A DNA stretch of 48,818 nucleotides. Source: a virus. Below the pieces are notes generated by a model, which saw only the letters and a list, made by a program, of their open reading frames with translations, was not told the DNA's origin and made no database searches. The stretch lies in the UHGV virus genome UHGV-1992300, one strand, 5' to 3'. Below are positions 9,124 to 18,507 of this stretch, one piece after another (position 1 is the stretch's first letter; each line of letters starts with the position of its first letter). The translations under genes and the position numbers were made by a program.

Positions 9124-9480
9124 ATGGAAATAAAACCAGAGGATGAGTTAAGCAATATCGTTTTATTTCCGGTAAAAGAGGATGACCCTCGTAATCAGGT
9201 TAATTTTCTTTATGAGCCATCGGAAAGACCATATTGTCATCACGCCTCTGTTCGGGTTGACGAAAAAGAGCGTCAGGTCCGCTGTAAAATCTGCGGTGCA
9301 GTTGTGGAGCCGTTTGACTGGATGCTCTCTGTGGCGAAAAGAGAAACCAGACTGGCAGATGATGTAAGGCTATTGCGCCAGGAGGAACAGGAAAGGCGGA
9401 AAAATATAGAAAAGTTAATTCAGATTGAGTGTAACGCAAAAGCGCGGATATGCAGGGCGACAAAATCCAGAACTGAATAA
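9124..9480 (+). CDS. hypothetical Cys/His-containing protein
   Basis: Start at 'MEIKPED' preceded by AAAGGAGAGG; contains 'CHH...CKICG' zinc-binding-like motif. Confidence 0.5.
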   Translation: MEIKPEDELSNIVLFPVKEDDPRNQVNFLYEPSERPYCHHASVRVDEKERQVRCKICGAVVEPFDWMLSVAKRETRLADDVRLLRQEEQERRKNIEKLIQIECNAKARICRATKSRTE

Positions 9481-9575
9481 TTAAATTTAGCACTGTAAAT
9501 AAAATCAAATCCTTAACCGGAGGGATTTCTGCACCCTCAGAACATCAGGAGGCCGTCCGAAAGGGCGGTAGTGAA

Positions 9576-9758
9576 ATGCGAAAATTCAAAATAATTATTG
9601 AAACGGGAATAGCCGGTGGAGATTTCGAGGATGCATTCGAAGTGGATGATGATGCAACACCAGATGAAATACAGGATGAAGCTAAAGATATTTTCTTTAA
9701 CTACTGCAATTACTCATACCACGAAATAAAAGACGAAGAGGAAGAACAAAATGGCTGA
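9576..9758 (+). CDS. hypothetical acidic small protein
   Basis: 60-aa ORF, Asp/Glu-rich; weak RBS. Confidence 0.35.
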   Translation: MRKFKIIIETGIAGGDFEDAFEVDDDATPDEIQDEAKDIFFNYCNYSYHEIKDEEEEQNG

Positions 9759-9927
9759 TTTTGGTTCAACTAAATATAACGCCAGTTTTGAAGAATGGCA
9801 TGAACTGTTAATGGATTATGCAGAGTTACGCGGTGGAAGTGCCGCTGATGCTGAAGCATGGCGTGATGATTATGAAGCAGGGAAAACACCGGTCGAAGCA
9901 TATTGTGATGAGTGGGGCGATGAATGA
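9751..9927 (+). CDS. hypothetical small protein
   Basis: 58-aa ORF (below the ORF-track cutoff) bridging neighbours; its stop overlaps the next start (ATGA). Confidence 0.35.
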   Translation: MADFGSTKYNASFEEWHELLMDYAELRGGSAADAEAWRDDYEAGKTPVEAYCDEWGDE

Positions 9928-10283
9928 GCGAGATTAATTATCAGGAAGGGCATGAAAAGGCAGGGCAGGCAAAACCAGTGGCATGGCGATATCGCTACGT
10001 GAAAAAAGGCGTTACAGACTTTCAGGGGAAGCAGTGGGTTGGTGACTGGAAATATGTACCGACAAAAGAGGATTGCAACGACAGACCGAACTATGAAATT
10101 CAGGCGTTATTCACTGCCCCGCCTGTGCCACTGACACCAGAAGGATTGATTAAAGCAGTGCGTTTCTATGAACAGGTAAAGCGTGAGAATCCGCCAGTCG
10201 AAACCGGAGCATGGAAAGACGCTGTTGACTGGGTGCTCAAAGAGGCTTGCCAGTCTGTAAACATTGGCATCAAAGGAGAGTGA
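9924..10283 (+). CDS. hypothetical protein
   Basis: 119-aa ORF, translationally coupled; ends in the conserved junction motif. Confidence 0.5.
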   Translation: MSEINYQEGHEKAGQAKPVAWRYRYVKKGVTDFQGKQWVGDWKYVPTKEDCNDRPNYEIQALFTAPPVPLTPEGLIKAVRFYEQVKRENPPVETGAWKDAVDWVLKEACQSVNIGIKGE

Positions 10284-10285
10284 GA

Positions 10286-10777
10286 ATGCAAATTTCACCG
10301 GTTACTCTTCGTGTTGCGAAGGCGTTTATATCCAGACATCACCGACACAATAAACCCCCGGTGGGGCATAAATTCAGCATTGGTCTGAGAAATGATGCCG
10401 GAGAATTGATAGGTGTGGCGACAGCCGGTAGACCTGTTGCACGACATTTGGACGATGGATTAACGCTTGAAGTAAATCGCACATGTACCACAGGAGAACG
10501 CAACGCTAACAGCGCGCTTTATGGTGCTGTCTGGCGGGCAGCAAAGGCTATGGGTTATCAACGTTGTATTACGTACACCCAGGCAGATGAATCAGGAGCA
10601 TCTCTCCGCGCAGCTGGTTTTGTTCGTGTGAAAGAGCTTCCTCCAAGAAAAAGCTGGGCGGAATCAAGCGTCGCCCTGCGGAGTAAACGCGATCCGGTCG
10701 GAAACGGTGGTGTTCCTCGTGTGCTCTGGGAAATCAGGAGAATGAGTACCACTGGCATTCGCATCAAAGGAGAGTGA
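10286..10777 (+). CDS. hypothetical protein
   Basis: Start at ATG 10286 'MQISPVTL' after AAAGGAGAG; 163 aa; no confident domain call. Confidence 0.5.
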   Translation: MQISPVTLRVAKAFISRHHRHNKPPVGHKFSIGLRNDAGELIGVATAGRPVARHLDDGLTLEVNRTCTTGERNANSALYGAVWRAAKAMGYQRCITYTQADESGASLRAAGFVRVKELPPRKSWAESSVALRSKRDPVGNGGVPRVLWEIRRMSTTGIRIKGE

Positions 10778-10778
10778 T

Positions 10779-11042
10779 ATGGCAACTTTGACAAAAAAAG
10801 AACAAGCATGGTTGAGCGAATTACAGGACGTTCTTGATCGCTGTCCATCACCGAAAAAAATTGGTTTTTACACCATTGGCGATAAAAGCATTTACCTGTA
10901 TGACCTGCGCCGCATGGATGAAATCATGGAGGCTCTTGATAATCGTTCGTCGATGGATTGGTGTGTTGCTGTTCATGATATGAATGCAGGGTTTGATGAA
11001 AAGATTTTGTTCCCCTCATCAGTTGAAAGCACTGCGGGTTAA
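10779..11042 (+). CDS. hypothetical protein
   Basis: 87-aa ORF starting 1 nt after the previous stop, behind the conserved junction RBS. Confidence 0.5.
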   Translation: MATLTKKEQAWLSELQDVLDRCPSPKKIGFYTIGDKSIYLYDLRRMDEIMEALDNRSSMDWCVAVHDMNAGFDEKILFPSSVESTAG

Positions 11043-11052
11043 GGAGTAACAC

Positions 11053-11220
11053 ATGACCACTATTACCAAAGAACGTATTGAATTGTTCATTAAAAACCCG
11101 CTTGAAAACGGGCTTACCCGTGGTGAACAAATGGAACTGGCACGGATTGCGCTGGCATCGCTGGAAGCAGAGCCGGTTGTGTTCTGGTTTGAAAAATATC
11201 AAGAAGGGGCTACGGCATGA
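11053..11220 (+). CDS. hypothetical small protein
   Basis: 55-aa ORF with AAGGAG RBS; stop overlaps next start (ATGA). Confidence 0.35.
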   Translation: MTTITKERIELFIKNPLENGLTRGEQMELARIALASLEAEPVVFWFEKYQEGATA

Positions 11221-11561
11221 CGACTTTTACCAGAGAGCAGTTAATAGCTCACGCAGAGGAGACTATTGAAGCACAGAGACTGTGCATACCGGGCACAATC
11301 GACCATGACATCATCCGCACATATAAGATGGATATTGCTGTTCTGGAAATCGCACTGGTATCGCTGGCAGCACAGCCAGCCGGTAAATTGCATGAATACA
11401 AACCAGTGGGATATCAGCGTCTGGTCGATGAGTTAACCATGCTGGTAAAGCAGTTAACCTGGCAACTGAGGAAAGCGAAGCCAGACTGCAAATTACCGGA
11501 TAAGGCGATGAGTTATCTGGAGCGGAACGGACTGATAAGCGTGGAGGATATTTTACGATGA
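11217..11561 (+). CDS. hypothetical protein
   Basis: 114-aa ORF, coupled upstream and downstream (a 27-codon hydrophobic ORF follows at 11558-11641). Confidence 0.5.
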   Translation: MTTFTREQLIAHAEETIEAQRLCIPGTIDHDIIRTYKMDIAVLEIALVSLAAQPAGKLHEYKPVGYQRLVDELTMLVKQLTWQLRKAKPDCKLPDKAMSYLERNGLISVEDILR

Positions 11562-12082
11562 CCTGGCCTGAAGCATTAACAACGGTAGGAATTGCGATGG
11601 CGGTGGCGCTGGTGGTGTATTCGATTTGCCACTGGGGATAAAAACGGTTTGCGGGAAAAGGAGAGTTAAGTAGAATTGCAGCGGGTGCTTGAGGCTATCT
11701 GTCTCAGGCATGAACACCAAAAGGCAGATAGAGAAAAGCCCCAGTTAACATTACGCGTCCGGCAAGACGCTTAACATTAATCTGAGGCCATATCTATGCT
11801 CTACACACGTAGGTTAGCCTCTTACGTGCCGAAAGGCAAGGAGAAGCAGGNNNNNNNNNNNNNNNNNNNNNNNNNNNCTAATCGCCCTGATCGTCATCTG
11901 TTTAACCGTCATTGTGACGGCACTGGTAACGAGGAAAGACCTCTGCGAGGTACGAATCCGAACCGGCCAGACGGAGGTCGCTGTCTTCACAGCTTACGAA
12001 CCTGAGGAGTAAGAGACCCGGCGGGGGAGTAATCTCCCGCCACCTCTGATGTGCCAGGCATCCTCAACGCACCCGCACTTAA

Positions 12083-12101
12083 CCCGCTTCGGCGGGTTTT
12101 T
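12083..12101 (+). terminator. intrinsic terminator (upstream copy)
   Basis: CCCGC-TTCG-GCGGG hairpin followed by TTTTT. Confidence 0.7.
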
Positions 12102-12177
12102 GCATTAGTCTGGTTGACAAAAATAGAAAAATGCGAAAATATGTGGTTTACGAATTCTAAAAAAAGCGAAACTTGAA

Positions 12178-12828
12178 ATGAATGAAAATCAGTTAGCTCC
12201 TTGTTGGGAATTTCAACCTTATCTTGCTGAAAACTATGTTCGCCACTTGTTGGCGGAGATCGCTAACGTACTTGAGCAGCTGTACTATCATAAGCACGCA
12301 TTAGACAGCAACTGGTCTGAAGGTGTAAGGGCTTATGATTGGGTCAGAAATCATCTTATTCAAAATGAAGATGCAATTCCTGGCCTTGAGATGATTTCCA
12401 AGGGGTTGGACTATGTAGTTGCTTTAAATAAAGTTCCGCTACAATTTACCAAAGATTGCATTAATAACCCCAAAAAGAAACATCGTCTGCGTCGAAATAA
12501 AGTAGAGTATGAGCAGCTCTCATTGTTTGGTGATGTTGAGGCTGAGCAAGATATTACATGGCGAGTCATAGCTGAGCCTTTTTTATCCGAAGAGGGCGAT
12601 GGTGAATTAGAGTCCACACTGCCTCGTTGGGAGGTAGCTCTTGTTGGATTTAATACTTATGGTGCTCAGATTAGTATAGTTTCTCATCAATCTACAGCAT
12701 CGATGCCGCTTATGCCTCTTGATTATAACACACTCCCTGACGAAGCGGAGATTAATAAGGTGCCTCTTCGTCGGCGTACGAAGGATAAAGATTTGGATGT
12801 GAGCAGTGATGGAACATCAGGTGAATAA
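12178..12828 (+). CDS. hypothetical protein, first gene of terminator-bracketed cassette
   Basis: 216-aa ORF; candidate sigma70 -35 TTGACA at 12114-12119 upstream; no domain recognised; mixed acidic and basic segments. Confidence 0.6.
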   Translation: MNENQLAPCWEFQPYLAENYVRHLLAEIANVLEQLYYHKHALDSNWSEGVRAYDWVRNHLIQNEDAIPGLEMISKGLDYVVALNKVPLQFTKDCINNPKKKHRLRRNKVEYEQLSLFGDVEAEQDITWRVIAEPFLSEEGDGELESTLPRWEVALVGFNTYGAQISIVSHQSTASMPLMPLDYNTLPDEAEINKVPLRRRTKDKDLDVSSDGTSGE

Positions 12829-13912
12829 CTTCACTGAGTATCGGGGTGATAAGCTCAAACTAGCGAGAATGGCTGTTGGGCTTTCTTGTGAAGAGTTAGC
12901 CGAAAAAATTGGCAAGACAAAGCAATTCGTTAGCAAACTGGAGAAGGGGTGCAGGCCATCGGAGCAATGTCTTGAGTTAATATCTTCAGCGCTTATGATT
13001 AAGTCCAGTTTTCTTTTTACTGAACGAAAATACGCTCTGGAAAGTGATGTCTGCCATTTTCGGAGTAAGAAGTCCAGGACTCAAACGCTGACTAATAGTG
13101 TATTGGCCAGGGCTGAGATTCTTAATATTATAATTTCTGCTGTTGAAGGTGAAATCGAATTTCCTGACGTTAACATACCGGAGCACCCAGGGGCTGAATT
13201 ACTTACTCCGAATGATATTGAGCGAGTGGCAGAAGATTGTCGCCGTGCCTGGAATTTAGGTCTTGGCCCTATATCATCAATGGTTAAATTGGCGGAGAGT
13301 TTAGGGGTAATCGTTGCGCATGTTACGGGAGTCGATGATCGTGTTGATGCTTTTACTGTTCACAATAACAGGCCTGTTATCATCAGGAACAATGTTAAAA
13401 AAAGCATATGTAGATTTCGCTCTGATTTAGGTCATGAATTAGGGCATTTAGTAATGCATGAGGGCATAACGACAGGTGATAAACTTACGGAATCACAAGC
13501 CGATCACTTTTCGAGCGCCTTATTAGTTCCCAGGTTATCTTTCATTAAAGAATTTCCACGAATACGAGGTAAGCAATTCGACTGGAATGCTCTGGTTGAA
13601 TTTAAACTTAGATGGAAAATCAGCCTTAAAATGTGTATTTATCGAGCCAGCGCATTAGGCTTATTGACCCAGGAACAGGCAAGAACTGGCTATATGCATC
13701 TTAATTCCAGAGGGTATACGAGAGTTGAACCTGGTGATGAACTTTTGCGCCCTGAAGAACCCGGCATGCTGGCCGAGGCGATTGAAATGCTGGATGATGC
13801 AACCTGGCTAAGAATTCTTATGAAAACTGGCTTGAGCCAAGATTTAATTCGTGAGTTGTTCTCCATCAACAGACCTATTACAAATCCAAGAAATATTTTC
13901 CAGATTGTTTGA
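12809..13912 (+). CDS. XRE-family HTH fused to ImmA/IrrE-type (M78) zinc metallopeptidase
   Basis: N-terminal HTH 'LSCEELAEKIGKTKQFVSKLEKG'; HEXXH motif 'HELGHLVMHE' in the central domain; start overlaps the 3' end of the upstream gene by ~20 nt. Confidence 0.8.
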   Translation: MEHQVNNFTEYRGDKLKLARMAVGLSCEELAEKIGKTKQFVSKLEKGCRPSEQCLELISSALMIKSSFLFTERKYALESDVCHFRSKKSRTQTLTNSVLARAEILNIIISAVEGEIEFPDVNIPEHPGAELLTPNDIERVAEDCRRAWNLGLGPISSMVKLAESLGVIVAHVTGVDDRVDAFTVHNNRPVIIRNNVKKSICRFRSDLGHELGHLVMHEGITTGDKLTESQADHFSSALLVPRLSFIKEFPRIRGKQFDWNALVEFKLRWKISLKMCIYRASALGLLTQEQARTGYMHLNSRGYTRVEPGDELLRPEEPGMLAEAIEMLDDATWLRILMKTGLSQDLIRELFSINRPITNPRNIFQIV

Positions 13913-13916
13913 GTAT

Positions 13917-13937
13917 ACCCGCTTCGGCGGGTTTTTT
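13917..13937 (+). terminator. intrinsic terminator (downstream copy, same sequence as 12083-12101)
   Basis: ACCCGCTTCGGCGGG followed by TTTTTT; 16-mer core identical to the upstream copy. Confidence 0.7.
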
Positions 13938-14021
13938 GTTTTTATTTTCAACGTGTTTGAAGTTTTGGACGGTGCCAGAATAGAATCAAAAATACTTAAG
14001 TAGCGCGCAGGGAGAAGAGGG

Positions 14022-14243
14022 ATGGACCCCGAACAGGGGGAGTGCTATTTATCTGGAAGGATTCTGTTGATGAAAATCGAAGAATTACGTGAAATTTTTA
14101 GTGAAGATGGCCTCTATGCTGTGCGCGTTGAGAATGGGGGTATTACCTACACAGCGTTAATTCCTGATGATCATGTAGTGTTATCTGTTGAGGCATTCAT
14201 TGAATACTTGGAAAGACTCGGTTTCAAGGTAGTTCGGGAATAA
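14022..14243 (+). CDS. hypothetical small protein
   Basis: 73-aa ORF with GGGAGAAGAGGG RBS. Confidence 0.4.
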   Translation: MDPEQGECYLSGRILLMKIEELREIFSEDGLYAVRVENGGITYTALIPDDHVVLSVEAFIEYLERLGFKVVRE

Positions 14244-14302
14244 GTTATAATACGTGAGCCAGCCTGAACAACTGGCACCTGCTGCGCCAGCAGAGAAAAC
14301 AG

Positions 14303-14581
14303 ATGGCGCACGATACCAAATTTTACAATTCGGATAACTCTGCCGCCCCTGCCAGCAGGCACGGGCGGCGTTCTCATGCATTCAAATCTGACTGGTATCA
14401 GCACGACCCCTGCACCGAAGAACAGGCTGAATGGCTCATTCAGTGTTACCGCGGGCGCGGATGCGAGGTTAAAAAAGCCCTTAGCCTCGACTACCGTCAC
14501 TGGATAATCTCCGTCAGGCTCCCTTACTCAGAACGGCCAGCGCGTCCGTCCCGCACATTCCAGCAACGGATCTGGAGGTAA
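14303..14581 (+). CDS. hypothetical protein
   Basis: 92-aa ORF; stop abuts the start of the next gene. Confidence 0.45.
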   Translation: MAHDTKFYNSDNSAAPASRHGRRSHAFKSDWYQHDPCTEEQAEWLIQCYRGRGCEVKKALSLDYRHWIISVRLPYSERPARPSRTFQQRIWR

Positions 14582-14582
14582 T

Positions 14583-15641
14583 GTGCGGGTATTACTTCGA
14601 TCTGTTCTGGTACCGGAACTCGGTCTGGTTATCGTTAAGCCAGGCCGTGAATCAATGTCAGCATTCCATAACGGCAGAATACTGGTGGAGCCGGAACCAA
14701 AAAGCATGCGTAATCTGCCGTCCGGGGTCGTTCCTGCCGCTCGCCAGCCGCTGGTGGAAGACAAAACATTGCTGCCGTTTTTCAGTAACGCACGGGTGAT
14801 TCGTGCTGCTGGTGGTGCTGGTGCATTGTCTGACTGGCTGTTGCGCCATATTAAATCCTGCCAGTGGCCACACGGCGATTATCATCACAGCGAAACCGTC
14901 ATTCACCGTTATGGTACCGGCGCAATGGTGTTGTGCTGGCACTGCGACAACCAGCTGCGTGACCAGACATCCGAATCACTCGGGCAACTTGCTCATCAAA
15001 ACCTGTCAGCATGGATGATTGACGTCATCGGTCACGCAATAAGCGGTACGCAGGAGCGTGAATTATCTCTGGCTGAATTATCCTGGTGGGCGGTCCGCAA
15101 TCAGGTGGCGGACGCGCTACCGGAAGCGGTATTACGTCGTTCGCTGGGGTTGCGTGCGGAAAAAATTCGCTCTGTGTACAGTGAAAGCGACATCATACCG
15201 GGAGAGCAGACCGCCACCAGCATACTGAAACAGCGCACAAAAAATCTTGCGCCGCTGCCTCACGCCCACCAGCAACAGAACCCACCACAGGAAAAGACGG
15301 TGGTCAGCATTGCCGTTGATCCCGAGTCACCGGCCCAGTATCTCCAGCGCCAGAAATCACAACGGGAAGAGATGCCTGTATACACGCGCTGGGTAAAAAC
15401 GCAGAAATGCATGACGTGTGGCAATCAGGCAGATGATCCGCATCACATCATTGGTCATGGACTGGGAGGGATGGGAACAAAGGCTGATGATTTGTTTGTT
15501 ATTCCGCTGTGCCGTAAATGCCATAGCGAACTACACGCCGGGGTAAAAGATTTTGAAGAAAAACACGGCAGCCAGCTGTTGTTGCTGATTCGTTTTTTAA
15601 TGCACGCGAGAAATTCGGGTGTTCTGAAGTGGAAAGCATAA
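14583..15641 (+). CDS. YdfU/DUF968-like protein with C-terminal Cys/His-rich nuclease-like motif
   Basis: 352-aa ORF (start uncertain: GTG 14583 after GGAGG, or a later ATG); C-terminal 'CMTCG...HHIIGHG...CRKCH' cluster; sits just upstream of rusA and the Q-position gene, like ydfU in Qin. Confidence 0.6.
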   Translation: MRVLLRSVLVPELGLVIVKPGRESMSAFHNGRILVEPEPKSMRNLPSGVVPAARQPLVEDKTLLPFFSNARVIRAAGGAGALSDWLLRHIKSCQWPHGDYHHSETVIHRYGTGAMVLCWHCDNQLRDQTSESLGQLAHQNLSAWMIDVIGHAISGTQERELSLAELSWWAVRNQVADALPEAVLRRSLGLRAEKIRSVYSESDIIPGEQTATSILKQRTKNLAPLPHAHQQQNPPQEKTVVSIAVDPESPAQYLQRQKSQREEMPVYTRWVKTQKCMTCGNQADDPHHIIGHGLGGMGTKADDLFVIPLCRKCHSELHAGVKDFEEKHGSQLLLLIRFLMHARNSGVLKWKA

Positions 15642-16022
15642 ATGACTGAACGCATAGAATTTGTTTTGCCTTACCCGCCAACGGTGAACACTTACTGGCG
15701 TCGTCGTGGCAGCACATATTTTGTATCAAAAGCCGGGGAGCGTTATCGCCGGGCAGTGGCGCTTATTGTTCGCCAGCAGCGGCTGAAATTAAGCCTGTCC
15801 GGAAGGTTGGCAATAAAAATTATTGCAGAACCACCGGATAAGCGCCGCCGTGATCTGGACAATATTCTGAAAGCGCCGCTGGATGCGCTGACGCATGCGG
15901 GGTTGCTAATGGACGATGAGCAGTTTGATGAAATCAATATCGTTCGTGGTCAGCCAGTATCTGGTGGACGTCTGGGGGTGAAGATTTACCCCATAATGCT
16001 TGAAGGGCAGGTCAAAAAATGA
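15642..16022 (+). CDS. rusA: Holliday junction resolvase RusA
   Basis: 126 aa; 'LPYPPTVNTYWRR' and 'DLDNILKAPLDAL' match the RusA family; typical nin-region position. Confidence 0.9.
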   Translation: MTERIEFVLPYPPTVNTYWRRRGSTYFVSKAGERYRRAVALIVRQQRLKLSLSGRLAIKIIAEPPDKRRRDLDNILKAPLDALTHAGLLMDDEQFDEINIVRGQPVSGGRLGVKIYPIMLEGQVKK

Positions 16023-16836
16023 AACTGGAAGATTTACCGAAATACTACTCCCCAAAATCCCCCGGCCTGACTGATGCATCGGCCTCAACGTCGAAAGATG
16101 CGCTGAGTATCACTGATGTGATGGCCGCGCAGGGCATGACACAGAATCGGGCTGAGATGGGGTTTTCTGCGTTCCTTGGGAAAATGGGCATTAGTATGAA
16201 TGACAGAGAGCGGGCAACAGAATTGCTGACAGAATATGCACTCAGTCGGTGTGATCGCGTGGCGGCGTTAAGAAAACTCCCGGCAGAAATAAAACCGGCA
16301 GTGATGCGTATTATGGCTTCGTATGCGTTTGAAGATTATGCCCGTAGCGCGGCGAGCAAAAAACAGTGCCCCTGCTGTCACGGAAAAAAATTTATTGAAA
16401 GCGAGGTTTTTACAAACAAGATCCAGTATCCGGATGGTAAGCCGCCGGTATGGGCAAAGTGTACGAAAGGTGTGTATCCGTCTTACTGGGAAGAATGGNN
16501 NNNNNNNNNNTGGTAAAAGTTGCCTGTCCGGAGTGTGGCGGAAAGGGTGAGGTTTCCACCGCCTGTAAGGATTGCCGTGGGCGTGGTGTCGCCATTCATC
16601 GTGAAGAGTCGGTAAAACGTGGTATGCCTGTTATCAGAGATTGCCAGCGTTGTGGTGGTCGTGGCTGTGAAAGGCTGCCATCAACGGAGGCATTTAATGC
16701 CATATGCAAAGTGACGAGTGCTATCACGCTTGATACGTGGAAAAAATCAGTGAAACGCTTTTACGATACGTTGGTGGTTCGGTTTGACATTGAAGAGGCA
16801 TGGGCGGAGCGGCAGTTAAAGAGGGTAACGCGATAG
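16019..16836 (+). CDS. Q-position late regulator with DnaJ-like CxxCxGxG zinc-finger repeats (putative antiterminator), interrupted by an N-run
   Basis: Two ORF pieces in different frames either side of the 12-N gap (16499-16510); four CxxCxGxG-like repeats are split across the gap, so a single gene is likely. Sits immediately upstream of a promoter plus terminator. Confidence 0.45.
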
Positions 16837-16842
16837 TGTTGT

Positions 16843-16869
16843 TGATTTTTCCCGAATCTGTGGTAAATT
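16843..16869 (+). promoter_or_regulatory. PR'-like late promoter
   Basis: TTGATT ... TAAATT (short 15-bp spacer) just downstream of the Q-position gene and ~50 bp upstream of a strong terminator. Confidence 0.4.
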
Positions 16870-16916
16870 TGCTCTAACGATGGGCGTTTTATGCCTGACG
16901 TTAGAAGATTTTTTAC

Positions 16917-16940
16917 ACCCCGCCGCCTGGCGGGTTTTTT
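16917..16940 (+). terminator. tR'-like intrinsic terminator
   Basis: CCCGCC-GCCT-GGCGGG hairpin followed by TTTTTT. Confidence 0.7.
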
Positions 16941-17060
16941 ATGACTGAAATCGCGTCAGTACAGTAAACGCGCTGGTGGCGGTGAATACCTGTCTTTCAG
17001 CTTGCTGGCTTTTTCGACAAGAGTTATTGGTGTGTCACGTTAACCGGAAAAGGAAAAGAC

Positions 17061-17258
17061 ATGCTAAAACAGCAGGATATGACAGAAACCGCCAGAGTGG
17101 TGTTTAATGAATTAAGCGTTACCGACCCGGCGACAGTCGGGGAGATAGCGCAGAATACTTACCTTTCACGCGAACGCTGCCAGTTAATACTGACTCAGCT
17201 GGTTATGGCGGGTCTGGCAGACTATCAGTTCGGTTGTTACAGACGCCTTCCGCAGTGA
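17061..17258 (+). CDS. hypothetical small protein
   Basis: 65-aa ORF with AAGGAAAAG RBS between tR' and the methyltransferase. Confidence 0.4.
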   Translation: MLKQQDMTETARVVFNELSVTDPATVGEIAQNTYLSRERCQLILTQLVMAGLADYQFGCYRRLPQ

Positions 17259-17408
17259 AGGCTTTTTTATTTGTGGTAAATGGGCGGCTGGTGGGTGTTA
17301 GGGGCACCCACCAGCCATCTGCTCATGCGTTGGGTTCACAAGCAAACCTCAGGCCCACTGCTTTGCGCAAAAGCAGAATGAGCCTATCAGAGACAGGCTT
17401 AATGATCC

Positions 17409-18458
17409 ATGCTTAATACTGTAAAAATATCCAGTTGTGAGTTAATCAACGCCGACTGCCTGGAATTTATCCGGTCGTTACCCGAAAATTCTGTTGACCT
17501 GATAGTCACGGACCCGCCGTACTTTAAAGTGAAGCCTGAGGGCTGGGATAACCAGTGGAAGGGCGACGATGATTACCTGAAGTGGCTGGACCAGTGTCTG
17601 GCGCAGTTCTGGCGGGTGCTGAAACCTGCCGGAAGTCTTTACCTGTTCTGTGGTCATCGCCTGGCATCTGATATCGAAATCATGATGCGTGAACGCTTCA
17701 GTGTGCTGAACCATATTATCTGGGCGAAGCCGTCCGGACGCTGGAACGGATGCAACAAGGAAAGCCTGCGGGCGTATTTCCCCGCCACAGAGCGCATTCT
17801 GTTCGCGGAACATTATCAGGGGCCGTATCGTCCGAAAGATGCCGGGTATACGGCGAAGGGCAGTGCACTGAAACAGCATGTGATGGCCCCGCTGATTTCT
17901 TACTTTCGTGATGCGCGCGCGGCCCTGGGGATAACGGCAAAACAGATTGCAGATGCCACAGGAAAGAAAAACATGGTGTCGCACTGGTTCAGTGCCAGTC
18001 AGTGGCAGCTACCGAACGAAAGCGATTATCTGAAATTACAGTCGCTGTTTGCCCGGGTGGCAGAAGAGAAACATCAGCGCGGTGAACTGGAAAAGCCCCA
18101 CCACCAGCTGGTGGATACGTATACGTCACTGAACCGGCAGTATGTGGAGCTGCAGAGTGAATATAAGCATCTGCGGCGGTATTTTGGTGTGACGGCGCAG
18201 GTGCCGTACACGGATGTGTGGACACATAAACCGGTGCAGTTCTATCCCGGGAAACATCCGTGCGAAAAACCGGCAGAAATGCTGCAGCAGATAATCAGCG
18301 CAAGCAGTCGTCCGGGAGACCTGGTTGCAGATTTTTTTATGGGCTCAGGTTCAACGGTAAAAGCGGCACTGGCGCTCGGGCGTCGTGCGATTGGCGTTGA
18401 ACTGGAGACCGGACGTTTTGAGCAGACAGTCAGGGAAGTTCAGGATTTAATCGTTTGA
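17409..18458 (+). CDS. DNA N6-adenine/N4-cytosine methyltransferase (beta-class amino-MTase, apparently orphan)
   Basis: 349 aa; motif IV 'DPPY' near the N-terminus and 'FMGSGST' AdoMet-binding motif near the C-terminus; no adjacent restriction endonuclease. Confidence 0.9.
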   Translation: MLNTVKISSCELINADCLEFIRSLPENSVDLIVTDPPYFKVKPEGWDNQWKGDDDYLKWLDQCLAQFWRVLKPAGSLYLFCGHRLASDIEIMMRERFSVLNHIIWAKPSGRWNGCNKESLRAYFPATERILFAEHYQGPYRPKDAGYTAKGSALKQHVMAPLISYFRDARAALGITAKQIADATGKKNMVSHWFSASQWQLPNESDYLKLQSLFARVAEEKHQRGELEKPHHQLVDTYTSLNRQYVELQSEYKHLRRYFGVTAQVPYTDVWTHKPVQFYPGKHPCEKPAEMLQQIISASSRPGDLVADFFMGSGSTVKAALALGRRAIGVELETGRFEQTVREVQDLIV

Positions 18459-18507
18459 AACGGATGAGATTGCAGAATTAATTACGCACCATTATTATTC
18501 TGCTCCC

